From: an uncultured bacterium
GTDB taxonomy: Bacteria; Chloroflexota; UBA5177; JANWHV01
Assembly: GCA_963729625.1 (NCBI GenBank)
Contig: CAVSOU010000007.1
Span: 352,001-416,000 of the forward strand
DNA length: 64,000 bases
Direction: 5' to 3'
Position numbers and translations under genes: made by a program. Positions within the stretch are counted from its first letter, which is position 1, and the number at the start of each line of letters is the position of its first letter. Of this stretch, positions 1 to 9,683 are shown one piece after another. The notes below the pieces were generated by a model, which was not told the DNA's origin, searched no databases, and was given only the letters and a program-made list of their open reading frames with translations.

Positions 1-1506
1 CGCGTGATGGTGCTGCACACTGACCAGCGGAATGCCTCGCTTCGCCGCTTCGCGTATCGACCACTCGCGCGAGAAGTAACCTGGGTGCATGTCGCAGACA
101 ATGCGGCCGGGCGCCACGCGAAACAGCAATTGGAGATGTTCGGTGATTTTGCCGAACGCATCAAGCGTCTCCAGGTTCTCCATGTCGCCGATATGCTGGC
201 TCAAGATCGCGTGCGTGCCTTCAGCCACACACACCGTGCTCTTCAGCTCGCCTCCCACTGCCAGCAACGGAGGCACCTTGAATGGCAGTCGCACGGGAAA
301 CGGCGCATAACCCCGCGATCGACGAAATGGCAGCTCGGCGCCCTGGAACACGCGCACGACACTGTCATCGCACGGCACGTGGATGCCACGGTCGTGGAGG
401 AGCATGGCATCCGCAAGTGGACCCAGCCGCGCCCGGGCGCCTTCGTTGTCGATCTCGATCGGGGTGCCGCTCAGATTGCCGGACGTCATCACCAGGGGAG
501 TTTCGCCGACCAGCAAGTAGTGCAGAGGCGTGTACGGCAGCATAATCCCGACGGTGTCGTTGCCTGGGGACACTGAGGCCGCCAACCTGTGACCCAATTT
601 CGAGACGATGACGACTGGGCGTTCTGGGCTCTCCAGCCGGGCGGCCTCGCAGCCATCTATCGCAGCGATCGTGCGAGCATGGTCCAGATCGCGCGCCATA
701 ATTGCGAACGGTTTGCCCTCGCGGCCTTTTCGCAGTCGAAGGCGCGCCACGACGTCCTCATTGGTTGCGTCGCACGCCAGGTGAAAACCACCCAAGCCCT
801 TGACGGCAACGATCGATCCCGCCGCCAGCGCTAGCCTGGCCGCAGCCAGGACTGTGTCGGCTTCACCGATCGTCGTGTCTCCGCTGCGCCACTCCAACCA
901 CACCCGCGGGCCGCAGCGTGGGCAAGCGATCGGCTGGGCGTGATAGCGGCGATTGGTGGGATCACGATACTCTCGCGCGCAATCGACGCACATGGAAAAG
1001 CTGGACATCGTGGTGCGCGGCCGATCGTAGGGGATGTCCCGGATGATTGTGAATCGCGGACCACAATTCGTGCAGTTGATGAAGGGATAGTGGTAGCGAC
1101 GATCCGCGGGGTCGAAGAGCTCTCGAAGGCAATCGCCACACGTGAACAGATCGGCGGAGATCAGCGTCCGCGCGTTCTCTTGCTCTTCTGAGGCTACGAT
1201 CACGAAATCGCCGCTGCCCTGCACGGGCATCGTGCGAGTCTCCACGCCTTCAATGTGCGCCAGGGGCGGTGTATCGGCGACGAGACCAGCCAGAAAGGCA
1301 TCCAGGTTGGCTGCGGATCCCTCGACTTCGACGAATACGCCGTCGCTGTCGTTGCCCACGAATCCGGCAAGCGAAAATCGATGCGCCAGCCCATAGACAA
1401 ACGGCCTGAAGCCGACGCCTTGCACAATGCCGCGCACCCTCAGCCGTCGACGGGTAGTCGGGGCCGTGATCGCATGGCCATCAGGTCGGTTTGTCTCAGG
1501 GATCAT
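1..1506 (-). CDS. hypF: [NiFe]-hydrogenase maturation carbamoyltransferase HypF (3' part outside window)
   Basis: Not in the ORF track because there is no stop in the window. Manual translation from ATG at 1506 gives RGIVQGVGFRPFVY (acylphosphatase domain), zinc fingers CGDC...FINCTNCGPR and CVDC...HAQPIACPRCGP, and VQHHHA at the window edge. Confidence 0.95.
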   Translation of the reverse strand, partial: MIPETNRPDGHAITAPTTRRRLRVRGIVQGVGFRPFVYGLAHRFSLAGFVGNDSDGVFVEVEGSAANLDAFLAGLVADTPPLAHIEGVETRTMPVQGSGDFVIVASEEQENARTLISADLFTCGDCLRELFDPADRRYHYPFINCTNCGPRFTIIRDIPYDRPRTTMSSFSMCVDCAREYRDPTNRRYHAQPIACPRCGPRVWLEWRSGDTTIGEADTVLAAARLALAAGSIVAVKGLGGFHLACDATNEDVVARLRLRKGREGKPFAIMARDLDHARTIAAIDGCEAARLESPERPVVIVSKLGHRLAASVSPGNDTVGIMLPYTPLHYLLVGETPLVMTSGNLSGTPIEIDNEGARARLGPLADAMLLHDRGIHVPCDDSVVRVFQGAELPFRRSRGYAPFPVRLPFKVPPLLAVGGELKSTVCVAEGTHAILSQHIGDMENLETLDAFGKITEHLQLLFRVAPGRIVCDMHPGYFSREWSIREAAKRGIPLVSVQHHHA

Positions 1507-1605
1507 GGAGGCTGGAAGGCCGCAACTCTCTAGGTACCGGAAGCGCGGATCACGTGATTTAGTGTCCGAGTGGACCGAACCTGGGGAGGCACGGCCTTCT
1601 CTTTC

Positions 1606-1619
1606 AGGTCATTCGGCCC
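1606..1619. promoter_or_regulatory. Candidate regulator box upstream of hypF (AGGTCATTCGGCCC)
   Basis: Part of a ~23-nt near-identical copy (TTTCRGGYCATTCGGCCCTACCC) of the site at 2442-2464; about 100 bp upstream of the hypF start. Confidence 0.45.
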
Positions 1620-2043
1620 TACCCGCTGGCTTCGCTTTCTCCGCGGGTGGCACAGCTCCCGGGTACTCCGTGCCTGCGAGACCTTGCGGGTAGGGCGCCC
1701 AGTTGGGTGAGAACACGAGCGTGGGCTTGCCCGCCCGCACTGCCTCGCGGATGGTATACATGGTTCGCGGTGAACCGCCGGAACGAAAAACGACAACGCG
1801 ATCGGCACGCTCAACCATCTCGCAGCTTCGGGAGTAGTACGCGCGCGTCCCGCTGGTCCAGTCCGGTGGTGTGCGTTCAACCTGGAGGCCGCGTCGCTCG
1901 GCTGCTCGGCCGGCGCGCTGGTCTACGCCACGCGCATCGCACCCAATCAGAATAGTGTCAGCCGGTAACGAGGCCACATACTCTTCCACATGGTCCATGT
2001 TCGGATAATCGCCAGTCCCGCAAATCAAGATACGTTCGGCCAT
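1609..2043 (-). CDS. SLOG superfamily (DUF2493/YspA-like) protein, divergent
   Basis: RILICG...DARGVD...PDW...ADRVVVF..GSPRT..TIREA...GKPT matches the DUF2493/SLOG pattern; GGAGAG RBS upstream. Confidence 0.7.
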   Translation of the reverse strand: MAERILICGTGDYPNMDHVEEYVASLPADTILIGCDARGVDQRAGRAAERRGLQVERTPPDWTSGTRAYYSRSCEMVERADRVVVFRSGGSPRTMYTIREAVRAGKPTLVFSPNWAPYPQGLAGTEYPGAVPPAEKAKPAGRAE

Positions 2044-2445
2044 GCTGTTCTGCTCTCCTAAATCTTCTCCACATGATTGGCTCGCAACTACGTCTGGCGC
2101 CGCGGTGCGAATGAAGAGTCACGCGGCCCTCTCGTAAACTGCGTGACCTCCGGTCCTGCCGGCACGCCAAGGAGATCGGCTTCCTGCCACCGAGATGATA
2201 CCAGGTCCCTGAAGGGAGCACGTCGGCTGGGGCACCAAGTGTGGAGTGTGCCATCGCCTCCAAGTTGACGGCTGAACAGTCCGCCCGGATTCCGCGATCC
2301 AGCGGCAGCCCTCGCTCCTGCCGCCGTGGCGATGCCCGGGCTGCTTCGCGTGAACGGCAGGTGACAAGTCCGCGCAATCGGTCGATGGGCTTGTCGCAAC
2401 CGCCAATCGGTGAACACGCTGGGTGACGTGGACCAGCTATTTTTC

Positions 2446-2459
2446 GGGCCATTCGGCCC
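2446..2459. promoter_or_regulatory. Candidate palindromic regulator box upstream of hdrC (GGGCCATTCGGCCC)
   Basis: GGGCC-N4-GGCCC inverted repeat in the divergent SLOG/hdrC intergenic region; resembles a DosR/DevR-type box core. Confidence 0.45.
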
Positions 2460-2679
2460 TACCCCAGGATCGCGGTGTGGTGTATTCCGATGCCAGAGGT
2501 ACTGTGTCCTGAGCGCAAGGGCACGGTCAGTCCGGCTAAGGCTGCCCGGCGCAAAGCGCGGCTACCGGTTAGCAACTGGAGGGGAGGACTTCTGTTTTAG
2601 CCGGTTTCGCGGCTATGGAATCACCTGGGTTCTGGGTAGACCATATCGTTGAGCTCTCCTTTTCCGAGGAAGCAGAGTC

Positions 2680-3300
2680 ATGAACTATTCGCACGTAGCC
2701 AAGCATCAGGAAGATCTCGATCTGGATTTTGGACGACAGATAGATTCCCAGATAGGCGGTGAAGACCTCTACCGTTGCATTCAGTGCGGCACCTGCAGCG
2801 GTATCTGTCCGCTCAGCATCTTCATGGACCACACACCACGACAGATCATGGCCATGACGCGCGCGGGCTTCAAGGACGATGTCTTGTCCAGCAACACGCC
2901 CTGGCTATGCGCGTCGTGCTATGCGTGCACGGTCGAGTGCCCAAAAGAGATCAAGATCACTGACGTGATGTACGCAATAAAACGCGAGGCAATCCGTCGG
3001 AAGGTCTACCCCAAGCGCTTTCCGGTTCCCGTGCTGGCAAAGGAATTCTTTCAGTCCGTGCGAGACACCGGCCGCAGCAATGAGGGGCTTATCGTCACCA
3101 AGATGTTCTTGAAGACCGACCCCCGTAAGCTCGTTGGCAATGCCTTCCTCGGCCTTCGCCTGCTGAGGCACGGGCGGATGGCGCTGCGTAAAGAATCGAT
3201 GGCCAAAGAGGGAATTCGGGAGCTCCAAGCCATTCTGGCGGCTGTCGAGCCCGTGGATGTCGAGGCTGGTGAGACCCAGCCCACAGCAGCAGGACACTGA
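2680..3300 (+). CDS. hdrC: Heterodisulfide reductase subunit C (2x[4Fe-4S])
   Basis: CIQCGTCSGICP and WLCASCYACTVECP motifs; directly precedes hdrB. Confidence 0.92.
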   Translation: MNYSHVAKHQEDLDLDFGRQIDSQIGGEDLYRCIQCGTCSGICPLSIFMDHTPRQIMAMTRAGFKDDVLSSNTPWLCASCYACTVECPKEIKITDVMYAIKREAIRRKVYPKRFPVPVLAKEFFQSVRDTGRSNEGLIVTKMFLKTDPRKLVGNAFLGLRLLRHGRMALRKESMAKEGIRELQAILAAVEPVDVEAGETQPTAAGH

Positions 3301-3302
3301 CT

Positions 3303-4178
3303 ATGAAATACCTCTACTTCCCCGGCTGCTCGCTCAAGAGTTCCGGCAAACCGTACGAGGAATCCGTATTGGCGGTCTTTGCCAGGCTTGGTGTGGAAAT
3401 GCCTGAATTGCCTGGTTGGAACTGCTGCGGCGCCACGTACTACATGGGCGTGGATGAGGTCAAGGGCCTGGCGTTGGCGGCACGCAACTTGTGCCTGGCT
3501 GAACAGATCGATGGCCAGGAGGGAGCGCATCTGGTCACGCCGTGCAGCGCCTGTTACCTGGCACATACCAAGGCACAGCACTACATGCAGACCTATGGCA
3601 AGGTGGGACAAACGATCCAGCAGGGGCTCGCCGCCGTGGGCATGAAGTATGGCGGGCGGGTCGAAGTGCGTCATCCGCTCGATGTCCTGGTCAATGACAT
3701 TGGTCTCGATCGGATCAGGGAGAAGGTTACCCAGCCGCTCAAGGGTTTGAAGGTCGCCTGCTATTACGGCTGTCAGGTCGTGCGTCCCTACGCTACGTTC
3801 GATGACAGGCGCGATCCGGTGACGATGGACCAGATCCTCCGTACGGCGGGTGCCGACACGGTCGACTGGCCGCTCAAGGTCCGCTGTTGCGGCGCTTCTC
3901 TGACCGGTACCGTCGAAGCGGCAGGTCAGTCGCTTGCGCAGGTACTGCTCAGCGAGGCTCTGAAGCAAGGCGCCAACGCAATCGCCACCGCTTGTCCCCT
4001 GTGCCAGTTCAATCTCGAATGCTACCAGGACCAGATCAAACGTCGCTTTGGCAAGCCCGTCGAAATCCCTGTGGCCTACTTCACGCAGATCCTCGGCCGC
4101 GCCTTGGGGATTTCCGACAAGCAACTAGGCCTTCAACGCTTGTTCGTCCCTATGCTGCCGCAGGCTGCCAGCGTGTAA
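3303..4178 (+). CDS. hdrB: Heterodisulfide reductase subunit B (two CCG domains)
   Basis: YFPGCS...NCCGA...PCSAC and YYGCQ...RCCGA...ACPLCQFNL. Confidence 0.93.
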   Translation: MKYLYFPGCSLKSSGKPYEESVLAVFARLGVEMPELPGWNCCGATYYMGVDEVKGLALAARNLCLAEQIDGQEGAHLVTPCSACYLAHTKAQHYMQTYGKVGQTIQQGLAAVGMKYGGRVEVRHPLDVLVNDIGLDRIREKVTQPLKGLKVACYYGCQVVRPYATFDDRRDPVTMDQILRTAGADTVDWPLKVRCCGASLTGTVEAAGQSLAQVLLSEALKQGANAIATACPLCQFNLECYQDQIKRRFGKPVEIPVAYFTQILGRALGISDKQLGLQRLFVPMLPQAASV

Positions 4179-4190
4179 GGAGCCGCCTCA

Positions 4191-6185
4191 ATGATCAGGC
4201 TAGTGAACCAAGAGCCCCGCATCGGCGTCTACGTCTGCCACTGCGGTATGAACATCGCTTCCAAGGTGGACGTAGCGGCTGTTGCGGAGTCTGCCGGATC
4301 CCTTCGCCATGTCGTCATCTCGCGGACCAATAAGTTCATGTGCTCTGACCCCGGCCAGGAGGTGATCGAGAAGGACATCAAGGAGCTCAAGCTCACCGGT
4401 GTGGTGGTGGCCTCGTGCTCGCCGCTGCTCCATGAGCCCACCTTTCGGCGCGCCTGCACCAAGGCCGGTCTCAACCCATTTCAGCTGCAGATGGCGAACA
4501 TTCGTGAGCACGTGAGCTGGGTTACCGCCGATCGTGGCGCGGCGACCGCCAAAGCGCGTGCGCTGGTCAGCGCGGCCGTGCGGCGCGTGGCGCATCACGT
4601 TCCGCTGGAAAAGCAGCGCATGTCCGTCCATCCCGACATCCTCGTTGTGGGAGGTGGCATCGCAGGTATCCACGCCGCTCTGCTGCTGGCCAATGCCGGA
4701 AAGAAGGTATACCTGGTAGAGCGGGAGCCCACTATCGGCGGGCACATGGCTCAATTCGACAAGACATTCCCCACCCTCGATTGCGCCGCGTGCATTCTCA
4801 CTCCCAAGATGTCTGAGGTGAAGAACCACCCCAACATCACGCTCTGGACGTACTCGGAAGTGGAAGAAGTGTCGGGATTTGCCGGCAACTTCAAGGCGAA
4901 GGTCCTCCGCCGGCCCCGCTACGTCAATGAAGAGCTCTGCGTCGGCTGCAACGAGTGCATTACTGCGTGCGTGTTCAAGCGCGGCCGCGTCGACGATGAG
5001 TTCAACGTTGGTCTTTCCAAACGAAAGCCCGTCTACTCACCATTCGCCCAGGGTGTCCCGAACTGTGTGGTCATTGACCCGGAGTCCTGCCTGAAGCTCA
5101 AGAACGGCAAGTGCGCCCTGACGTGCGTGGATGTGTGCGAGCGCAAGGCCATCGACTTCGACCAGAAACCAGAGCACATCGAGATCGATGTGGGAGCGAT
5201 CATTTTGGCCACCGGGTACAAGCCCTTTGACCCAAGCAGAGTGCTCGAGTATGGCTACGGCAAGTACCCTAACGTGTACACGACGCTGGAGGTCGAGCGG
5301 CTGGTCAATGCCTCAGGTCCCACGTCAGGCGAAGTCGTTCTCCGCGACGGCACCACGCCCAAGAGCGTGGCCATCATCCACTGCGTGGGCTCACGTGACA
5401 GGCGATACCACCTCTACTGCTCCAATGTCTGCTGCATGTCGGCCCTCAAGATGGCCCACTTGATGAAGGAGCGCACTGGGTCCGAGGTCTTCAATTTCTA
5501 CGTGGACATGCGCACCGCCTTCAAGGGCTATGAGGAGTTCTACGACCAGGTACAAACGGAGGGAGTCCAGTTCGTACGTGGGCGCGTCGCCGAAGTCACC
5601 GACTGGGCGACCAGTCCTGGAGAGGAAGGGAAGCTCGTCGTCTGCTGCGAGGACACGCTCATCGGCGTGGCCCGGCGCATCCCGGTCGACATGGTGATTC
5701 TGGCGGTAGGCTTGGAGCCGCAGATTGACACCCAAGAGGTGCAGCGCACGTTCAACATCTCATGTTCGAGGGAAGGGTTCTTCTTGGAGCGCCATCCCAA
5801 GTTGGGTCCGGTCACGACGTTCTCCGATGGGATCTTCCTTGCCGGCGCCTGCCAGGGACCCAAAGACATCCCTGAGTCGGTCGCCCAGGCCGGCGCGGCC
5901 GCGGCCGAGGCTCTGTGCCTTACCGACAAGGGCTATATCGAGCTCGAGCCGAATACCGCCTGGATTGACGAGTCTTTCTGCAGCGGTTGCCGAACGTGCA
6001 TCCCCCTGTGTCCATTCCAGGCTATCGTGCGCGACAACGCAAAAGGTGTCGCCGTCATTAACCAGGCCCTGTGCAAGGGCTGTGGAACGTGCGTGGCGGC
6101 CTGTCCCTCTGGCGCTGCCCAGCAGAACCTATTTACGGACGAGCAGATCTACGAGGAGATCGAAGGGGTGCTGGCGTATGTCTGA
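4191..6185 (+). CDS. hdrA: Heterodisulfide reductase subunit A (FAD, Fe-S; electron-bifurcating type)
   Basis: IGVYVCHCG, GGGIAG, DKTFPTLDCAACIL, inserted ferredoxin domain, HCVGSRD..YCSNVCCM..LK, C-terminal 2x[4Fe-4S]. Confidence 0.95.
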   Translation: MIRLVNQEPRIGVYVCHCGMNIASKVDVAAVAESAGSLRHVVISRTNKFMCSDPGQEVIEKDIKELKLTGVVVASCSPLLHEPTFRRACTKAGLNPFQLQMANIREHVSWVTADRGAATAKARALVSAAVRRVAHHVPLEKQRMSVHPDILVVGGGIAGIHAALLLANAGKKVYLVEREPTIGGHMAQFDKTFPTLDCAACILTPKMSEVKNHPNITLWTYSEVEEVSGFAGNFKAKVLRRPRYVNEELCVGCNECITACVFKRGRVDDEFNVGLSKRKPVYSPFAQGVPNCVVIDPESCLKLKNGKCALTCVDVCERKAIDFDQKPEHIEIDVGAIILATGYKPFDPSRVLEYGYGKYPNVYTTLEVERLVNASGPTSGEVVLRDGTTPKSVAIIHCVGSRDRRYHLYCSNVCCMSALKMAHLMKERTGSEVFNFYVDMRTAFKGYEEFYDQVQTEGVQFVRGRVAEVTDWATSPGEEGKLVVCCEDTLIGVARRIPVDMVILAVGLEPQIDTQEVQRTFNISCSREGFFLERHPKLGPVTTFSDGIFLAGACQGPKDIPESVAQAGAAAAEALCLTDKGYIELEPNTAWIDESFCSGCRTCIPLCPFQAIVRDNAKGVAVINQALCKGCGTCVAACPSGAAQQNLFTDEQIYEEIEGVLAYV

Positions 6186-6696
6186 GCGTATTGACCTTCC
6201 TGTCGTGCAGACCTTCGAGCCGAACATCGTGGCCTTCTTCTGCAACTGGTGCACGTACACCGCCAGCGACCTCGCGGGGACGTCACGCCTCACGTATGCG
6301 CCGAACACGTACGTGATTCGCATGATGTGCTGCGGTCGCCTGGATCCGGAATTCGTCTTTGCCGCCCTGCGCCAGGGAGCCGATGGCGTGCTCATCGGCG
6401 GCTGCCATCCCGGTGACTGCCATTACCGCGAGGGGAACTACAAATGCCTCCGGCGCTTCAGGCTGATCCGCCGCTATCTGGCCCAGATGGGCATCGAAGA
6501 TGAGCGTGTCAGGCTTGCCTGGATCGCGGCATCCGAGGGCGACCGCGTGCAGAAGGTGACCAACGAGATGGTCGCCCAGATTAAGCGGCTCGGCCCGCTG
6601 AAGCTGACGAGAATGCCAAAGGTACAAGACTGCGCGCAACCTCAGGTGTCCGAGCAAGCAGTTGCAGATGCCGAAGCTGTAGGAGTCAGCACATGA
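6178..6696 (+). CDS. mvhD: Hydrogenase-associated [2Fe-2S] subunit MvhD
   Basis: FFCNWCTY..DLAG..R...MCCGR...GADGV..GCHPGDCHY.EGN. The true start is ATG 6178, overlapping the hdrA stop; the track ORF from 5725 is over-extended. Confidence 0.93.
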   Translation: MSERIDLPVVQTFEPNIVAFFCNWCTYTASDLAGTSRLTYAPNTYVIRMMCCGRLDPEFVFAALRQGADGVLIGGCHPGDCHYREGNYKCLRRFRLIRRYLAQMGIEDERVRLAWIAASEGDRVQKVTNEMVAQIKRLGPLKLTRMPKVQDCAQPQVSEQAVADAEAVGVST

Positions 6697-7670
6697 GCAA
6701 ACCTAAAGTCGGTTTCTACTGGTGCGCTTCGTGCGGCGGCTGCGAGGAGTCAGTTGTCGACCTCGCAGAGGGACTGCTCGACGTCGTCGCAGCAGTGGAT
6801 TTCGTGTTCTTTCCCGTGGCCATGGATTTCAAACGCTCCGATGTCGACGCCATGGCCGACGGAGAGATGGCAGTGTGCTTTGTCAACGGCGCCGTCCGCA
6901 CCTCGGAGCAGCGCGAAATGGCGCACCTGCTGCGCCAGAAGTCCCAGATTCTGATCGCCTATGGCGCCTGCTCCTACCAGGGTGGGGTCCCCGGTCTGTC
7001 GAACCAATTTGACCCCGAGTCCCTCTTTCAGTATGTCTACCAGGATTCTCCCAGTACGGTGAACGCCGAAGGCACCCGCCCGATGGCGCTCGCGGTGTGC
7101 CCAGAAGGGGATCTGGAACTGCCGACAATCGATGACCAAGTCAAAGCGCTGGATCAGGTGGTCCTCGTCGACTACTACGTTCCCGGTTGCGCTCCGCCCG
7201 TCAAATTGCTCAAGGGTGCTCTCACCGCTATTCTGGAGGGCAATCTGCCGCCAAAGGGTTCGGTGCTCGCTCCCGACACAGCCCTGTGTGATGGGTGCCC
7301 TCGGAGTGCCAGCAAGCCTGACAAGCCGCTCGTCGATCGGTTCCGGCGACCACAATCGAGCCTCATCGATCCTGAGAAATGTCTCCTGGCGCAGGGTTTC
7401 CTATGTCTCGGGGTCGCTACGCGTGCCGGCTGCGACTGGGCCTGCATCAACGCCAACATGCCGTGCACCGGCTGCCTCGGCCCGGTCTCTCGTACGCACG
7501 ACTTTGGCGCCGCCGCCATGTCGGCCCTGGCTTCGCTCGTCAACTCGAACGAGGAGGCCTCGATCGAATCGGCCCTTGACGCCATCCCCGACCCCGTTGG
7601 CACGTTCTATCGTTATGGCCTGCCGGCTTCCATGCTTTTTGCCAAGGCCGGCACCAGCGCTCGGACCTGA
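6693..7670 (+). CDS. mvhG: Group 3c [NiFe]-hydrogenase small subunit
   Basis: WCASCGGCE, GAC...GG.PGL, PGCAP, CDGC, CLL.QG.LCLG..TR.GC..AC...NMPCTGC.GP. Confidence 0.9.
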   Translation: MSKPKVGFYWCASCGGCEESVVDLAEGLLDVVAAVDFVFFPVAMDFKRSDVDAMADGEMAVCFVNGAVRTSEQREMAHLLRQKSQILIAYGACSYQGGVPGLSNQFDPESLFQYVYQDSPSTVNAEGTRPMALAVCPEGDLELPTIDDQVKALDQVVLVDYYVPGCAPPVKLLKGALTAILEGNLPPKGSVLAPDTALCDGCPRSASKPDKPLVDRFRRPQSSLIDPEKCLLAQGFLCLGVATRAGCDWACINANMPCTGCLGPVSRTHDFGAAAMSALASLVNSNEEASIESALDAIPDPVGTFYRYGLPASMLFAKAGTSART

Positions 7671-7679
7671 GGTTTAGCG

Positions 7680-9140
7680 ATGATGCGACAGATCACCATC
7701 GATCCGATTACCCGCCTGGAAGGGCACGGTCGGATTGACGTTATGCTCGATGAGCAGGGCGAGGTCCAGAGGGCCTACCTGCGGATTCCAGAACTGCGCG
7801 GCTTCGAGAAATTCGCCCAGGGCCGGCCTGCGGAAGAGATGCCGCAGATTACCTCTCGCATCTGTGGTGTTTGTCCGATGGCGCACCATATGGCGGCTAC
7901 GAAAGCGCTCGACGATCTCTATCACGTCGAGCCCACGCCAGCCGCTCGCACGATCCGAGAATTGGCCTATAACTCCTTCGTTTTCGAGGATCACGCGCTG
8001 CACTTCTACCTGCTGGGCGGGCCCGATTTTATCGTCGGCCCGGACGCTCCCAAGGCCGACCGCAACATACTGGGCGTAATAGCCAAGGTTGGGGTCGAAG
8101 TCGGCAAGCAGGTCATCGCCATGCGCCGAGAGGTCCGCGACCTCATCTCGCTCCTCAGCGGCAAAGTGATCCACCCCGTGTTCGGTCTGCCAGGCGGTGT
8201 GTCTCGAGCAGTGTCAGCCGACGAGCAACAGCAGGCGATCGCTGTCGCTCGCAAGGCCGTCGAGTTCGGCGAGTTCACGCTCGGCATCTTCAACGACGTG
8301 GTGCTCAAGAACAAGCAATACGTAGATATGATCGCCTCCGCCGGCTACACACACAAGACGTACTACATGGGCCTGGTCGACGAGAACAACAAGGTGAACT
8401 TTTACGACGGCATGCTCCGCGTCGTGACACCCGAAGGTAAGGAGTTCCTCAAGTTCCACACTCGCGACTACCTCAAGCACATCGCCGAGCACGTGGAGCC
8501 GTGGAGCTACGTCAAGTTTTGCTACCTCAAGGACGTCGGCTGGCACGGGTTCGAAGAGGGCGCCGACAGCGGCGTCTATGCCGTGGCTCCCCTGGCCCGG
8601 CTCAATGCCTCAGACGGCATGTCCACGCCCAAGGCGCAGGCGGCCTACGAGCAGTTCTTCGAGACGCTTGGCGGCAAGCCTGTCCACTACACGCTTGCCA
8701 ATCACTGGGCGCGCGTCATCGAGCTGCTCAGCGCCGCGGAAATGATGGTCGAGTCTGCCAAGTCTCCGCTGCTGATTGACCCTAACATCCGCAACATACC
8801 GACGGCAACACCAACCGAAGGCATCGGCGTCGTCGAAGCCCCGCGCGGCACGCTATTCCACCACTTCACTACCGACGAGCGAGGCATAATCCGGACCGCC
8901 AACCTGATCGTCGCTACCCAGAACAATGCCGCGCGCATCGGCATGTCCGTCGACCGCGCCGCCAAGACCCTTATTCATAAAGGCAAGGCGGATGATGGTC
9001 TGCTGAACATGATCGAAATGGCCTTCCGCGCTTACGATCCCTGCAACGGCTGCGCCACGCATTCGTTACCCGGCGAAATGCCGCTGCTCGTCTCGATCTA
9101 TGATAGCCGGCATCAGCTGGTCGAAGAGGTTCGTCGCTGA
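7680..9140 (+). CDS. mvhA: Group 3c [NiFe]-hydrogenase large subunit
   Basis: IDPITRLEGH, L1 RICGVCPMAH, EAPRGTL.HH, L2 RAYDPCNGCATH plus a cleavable C-terminal tail. Confidence 0.93.
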   Translation: MMRQITIDPITRLEGHGRIDVMLDEQGEVQRAYLRIPELRGFEKFAQGRPAEEMPQITSRICGVCPMAHHMAATKALDDLYHVEPTPAARTIRELAYNSFVFEDHALHFYLLGGPDFIVGPDAPKADRNILGVIAKVGVEVGKQVIAMRREVRDLISLLSGKVIHPVFGLPGGVSRAVSADEQQQAIAVARKAVEFGEFTLGIFNDVVLKNKQYVDMIASAGYTHKTYYMGLVDENNKVNFYDGMLRVVTPEGKEFLKFHTRDYLKHIAEHVEPWSYVKFCYLKDVGWHGFEEGADSGVYAVAPLARLNASDGMSTPKAQAAYEQFFETLGGKPVHYTLANHWARVIELLSAAEMMVESAKSPLLIDPNIRNIPTATPTEGIGVVEAPRGTLFHHFTTDERGIIRTANLIVATQNNAARIGMSVDRAAKTLIHKGKADDGLLNMIEMAFRAYDPCNGCATHSLPGEMPLLVSIYDSRHQLVEEVRR

Positions 9141-9147
9141 CAGTTTT

Positions 9148-9180
9148 CACGGCCAGGAGCGCTCGCCGTTCCTGGCCGTG
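9148..9180 (+). other. Strong intergenic stem-loop after mvhA
   Basis: CACGGCCAGGA...TCCTGGCCGTG perfect 11-bp arms, extendable with G-U; no 3' U-tract. Confidence 0.6.
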
Positions 9181-9209
9181 TCGCGCGCTATGACAAGGAA
9201 TGGTTCTAG

Positions 9210-9683
9210 GTGACCGCTCGCCAGGCCGCTGGGAAGGTCCTGGTTCTCGGCCTCGGAAACGACCTGATGGCCGACGACGCGGTGGGCCTGCTCGCTTCCC
9301 GGAGGCTTCGCACCATGCTGGACGGCCGAGCGGACGTCCGCGAGTCGTCACTGCACGGTTTGGCGCTACTCGAATCGTTTCTGGATTACGATTGCGCCGT
9401 GATCATCGACGCGATGCAGACCGGCCGCTATCCCCCGGGCACGATCGTGGAGCTTGGTCCTGATGACTTGCGCCCTATCGACGTGCCATCTCCACATTTC
9501 GCCGGGCTGCCGGAGCTCATGGAGCTAGCCCGCGCCCTGGAGTTGTCGTTCCCCTCGCGGATACGGATCCTGGCTGTGGAAGTGCTCGACACCATCGGCG
9601 TCGGTGGGCCAATGACCGCGGCCGTGCGAGAAGCGATCGCCGAGGTTTGCGAACGAGCATGCGGAATCGTTGACTCATTTTGA
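9210..9683 (+). CDS. Hydrogenase maturation endopeptidase (MvhA-associated)
   Basis: VLGLGNDLMADDAVG...IIDA...SPH (HycI/HyaD peptidase A31 pattern). Confidence 0.88.
   Translation: MTARQAAGKVLVLGLGNDLMADDAVGLLASRRLRTMLDGRADVRESSLHGLALLESFLDYDCAVIIDAMQTGRYPPGTIVELGPDDLRPIDVPSPHFAGLPELMELARALELSFPSRIRILAVEVLDTIGVGGPMTAAVREAIAEVCERACGIVDSF

Noticed and set aside
4-1533. Several + strand ORFs and short - strand ORFs in the track
   Set aside because: They are antisense or off-frame shadows of hypF, which occupies 1506 to <1 on the minus strand.
5725-6177. Apparent N-terminal extension of MvhD (323-aa ORF)
   Set aside because: It overlaps hdrA in another frame; homology begins at ATG 6178.
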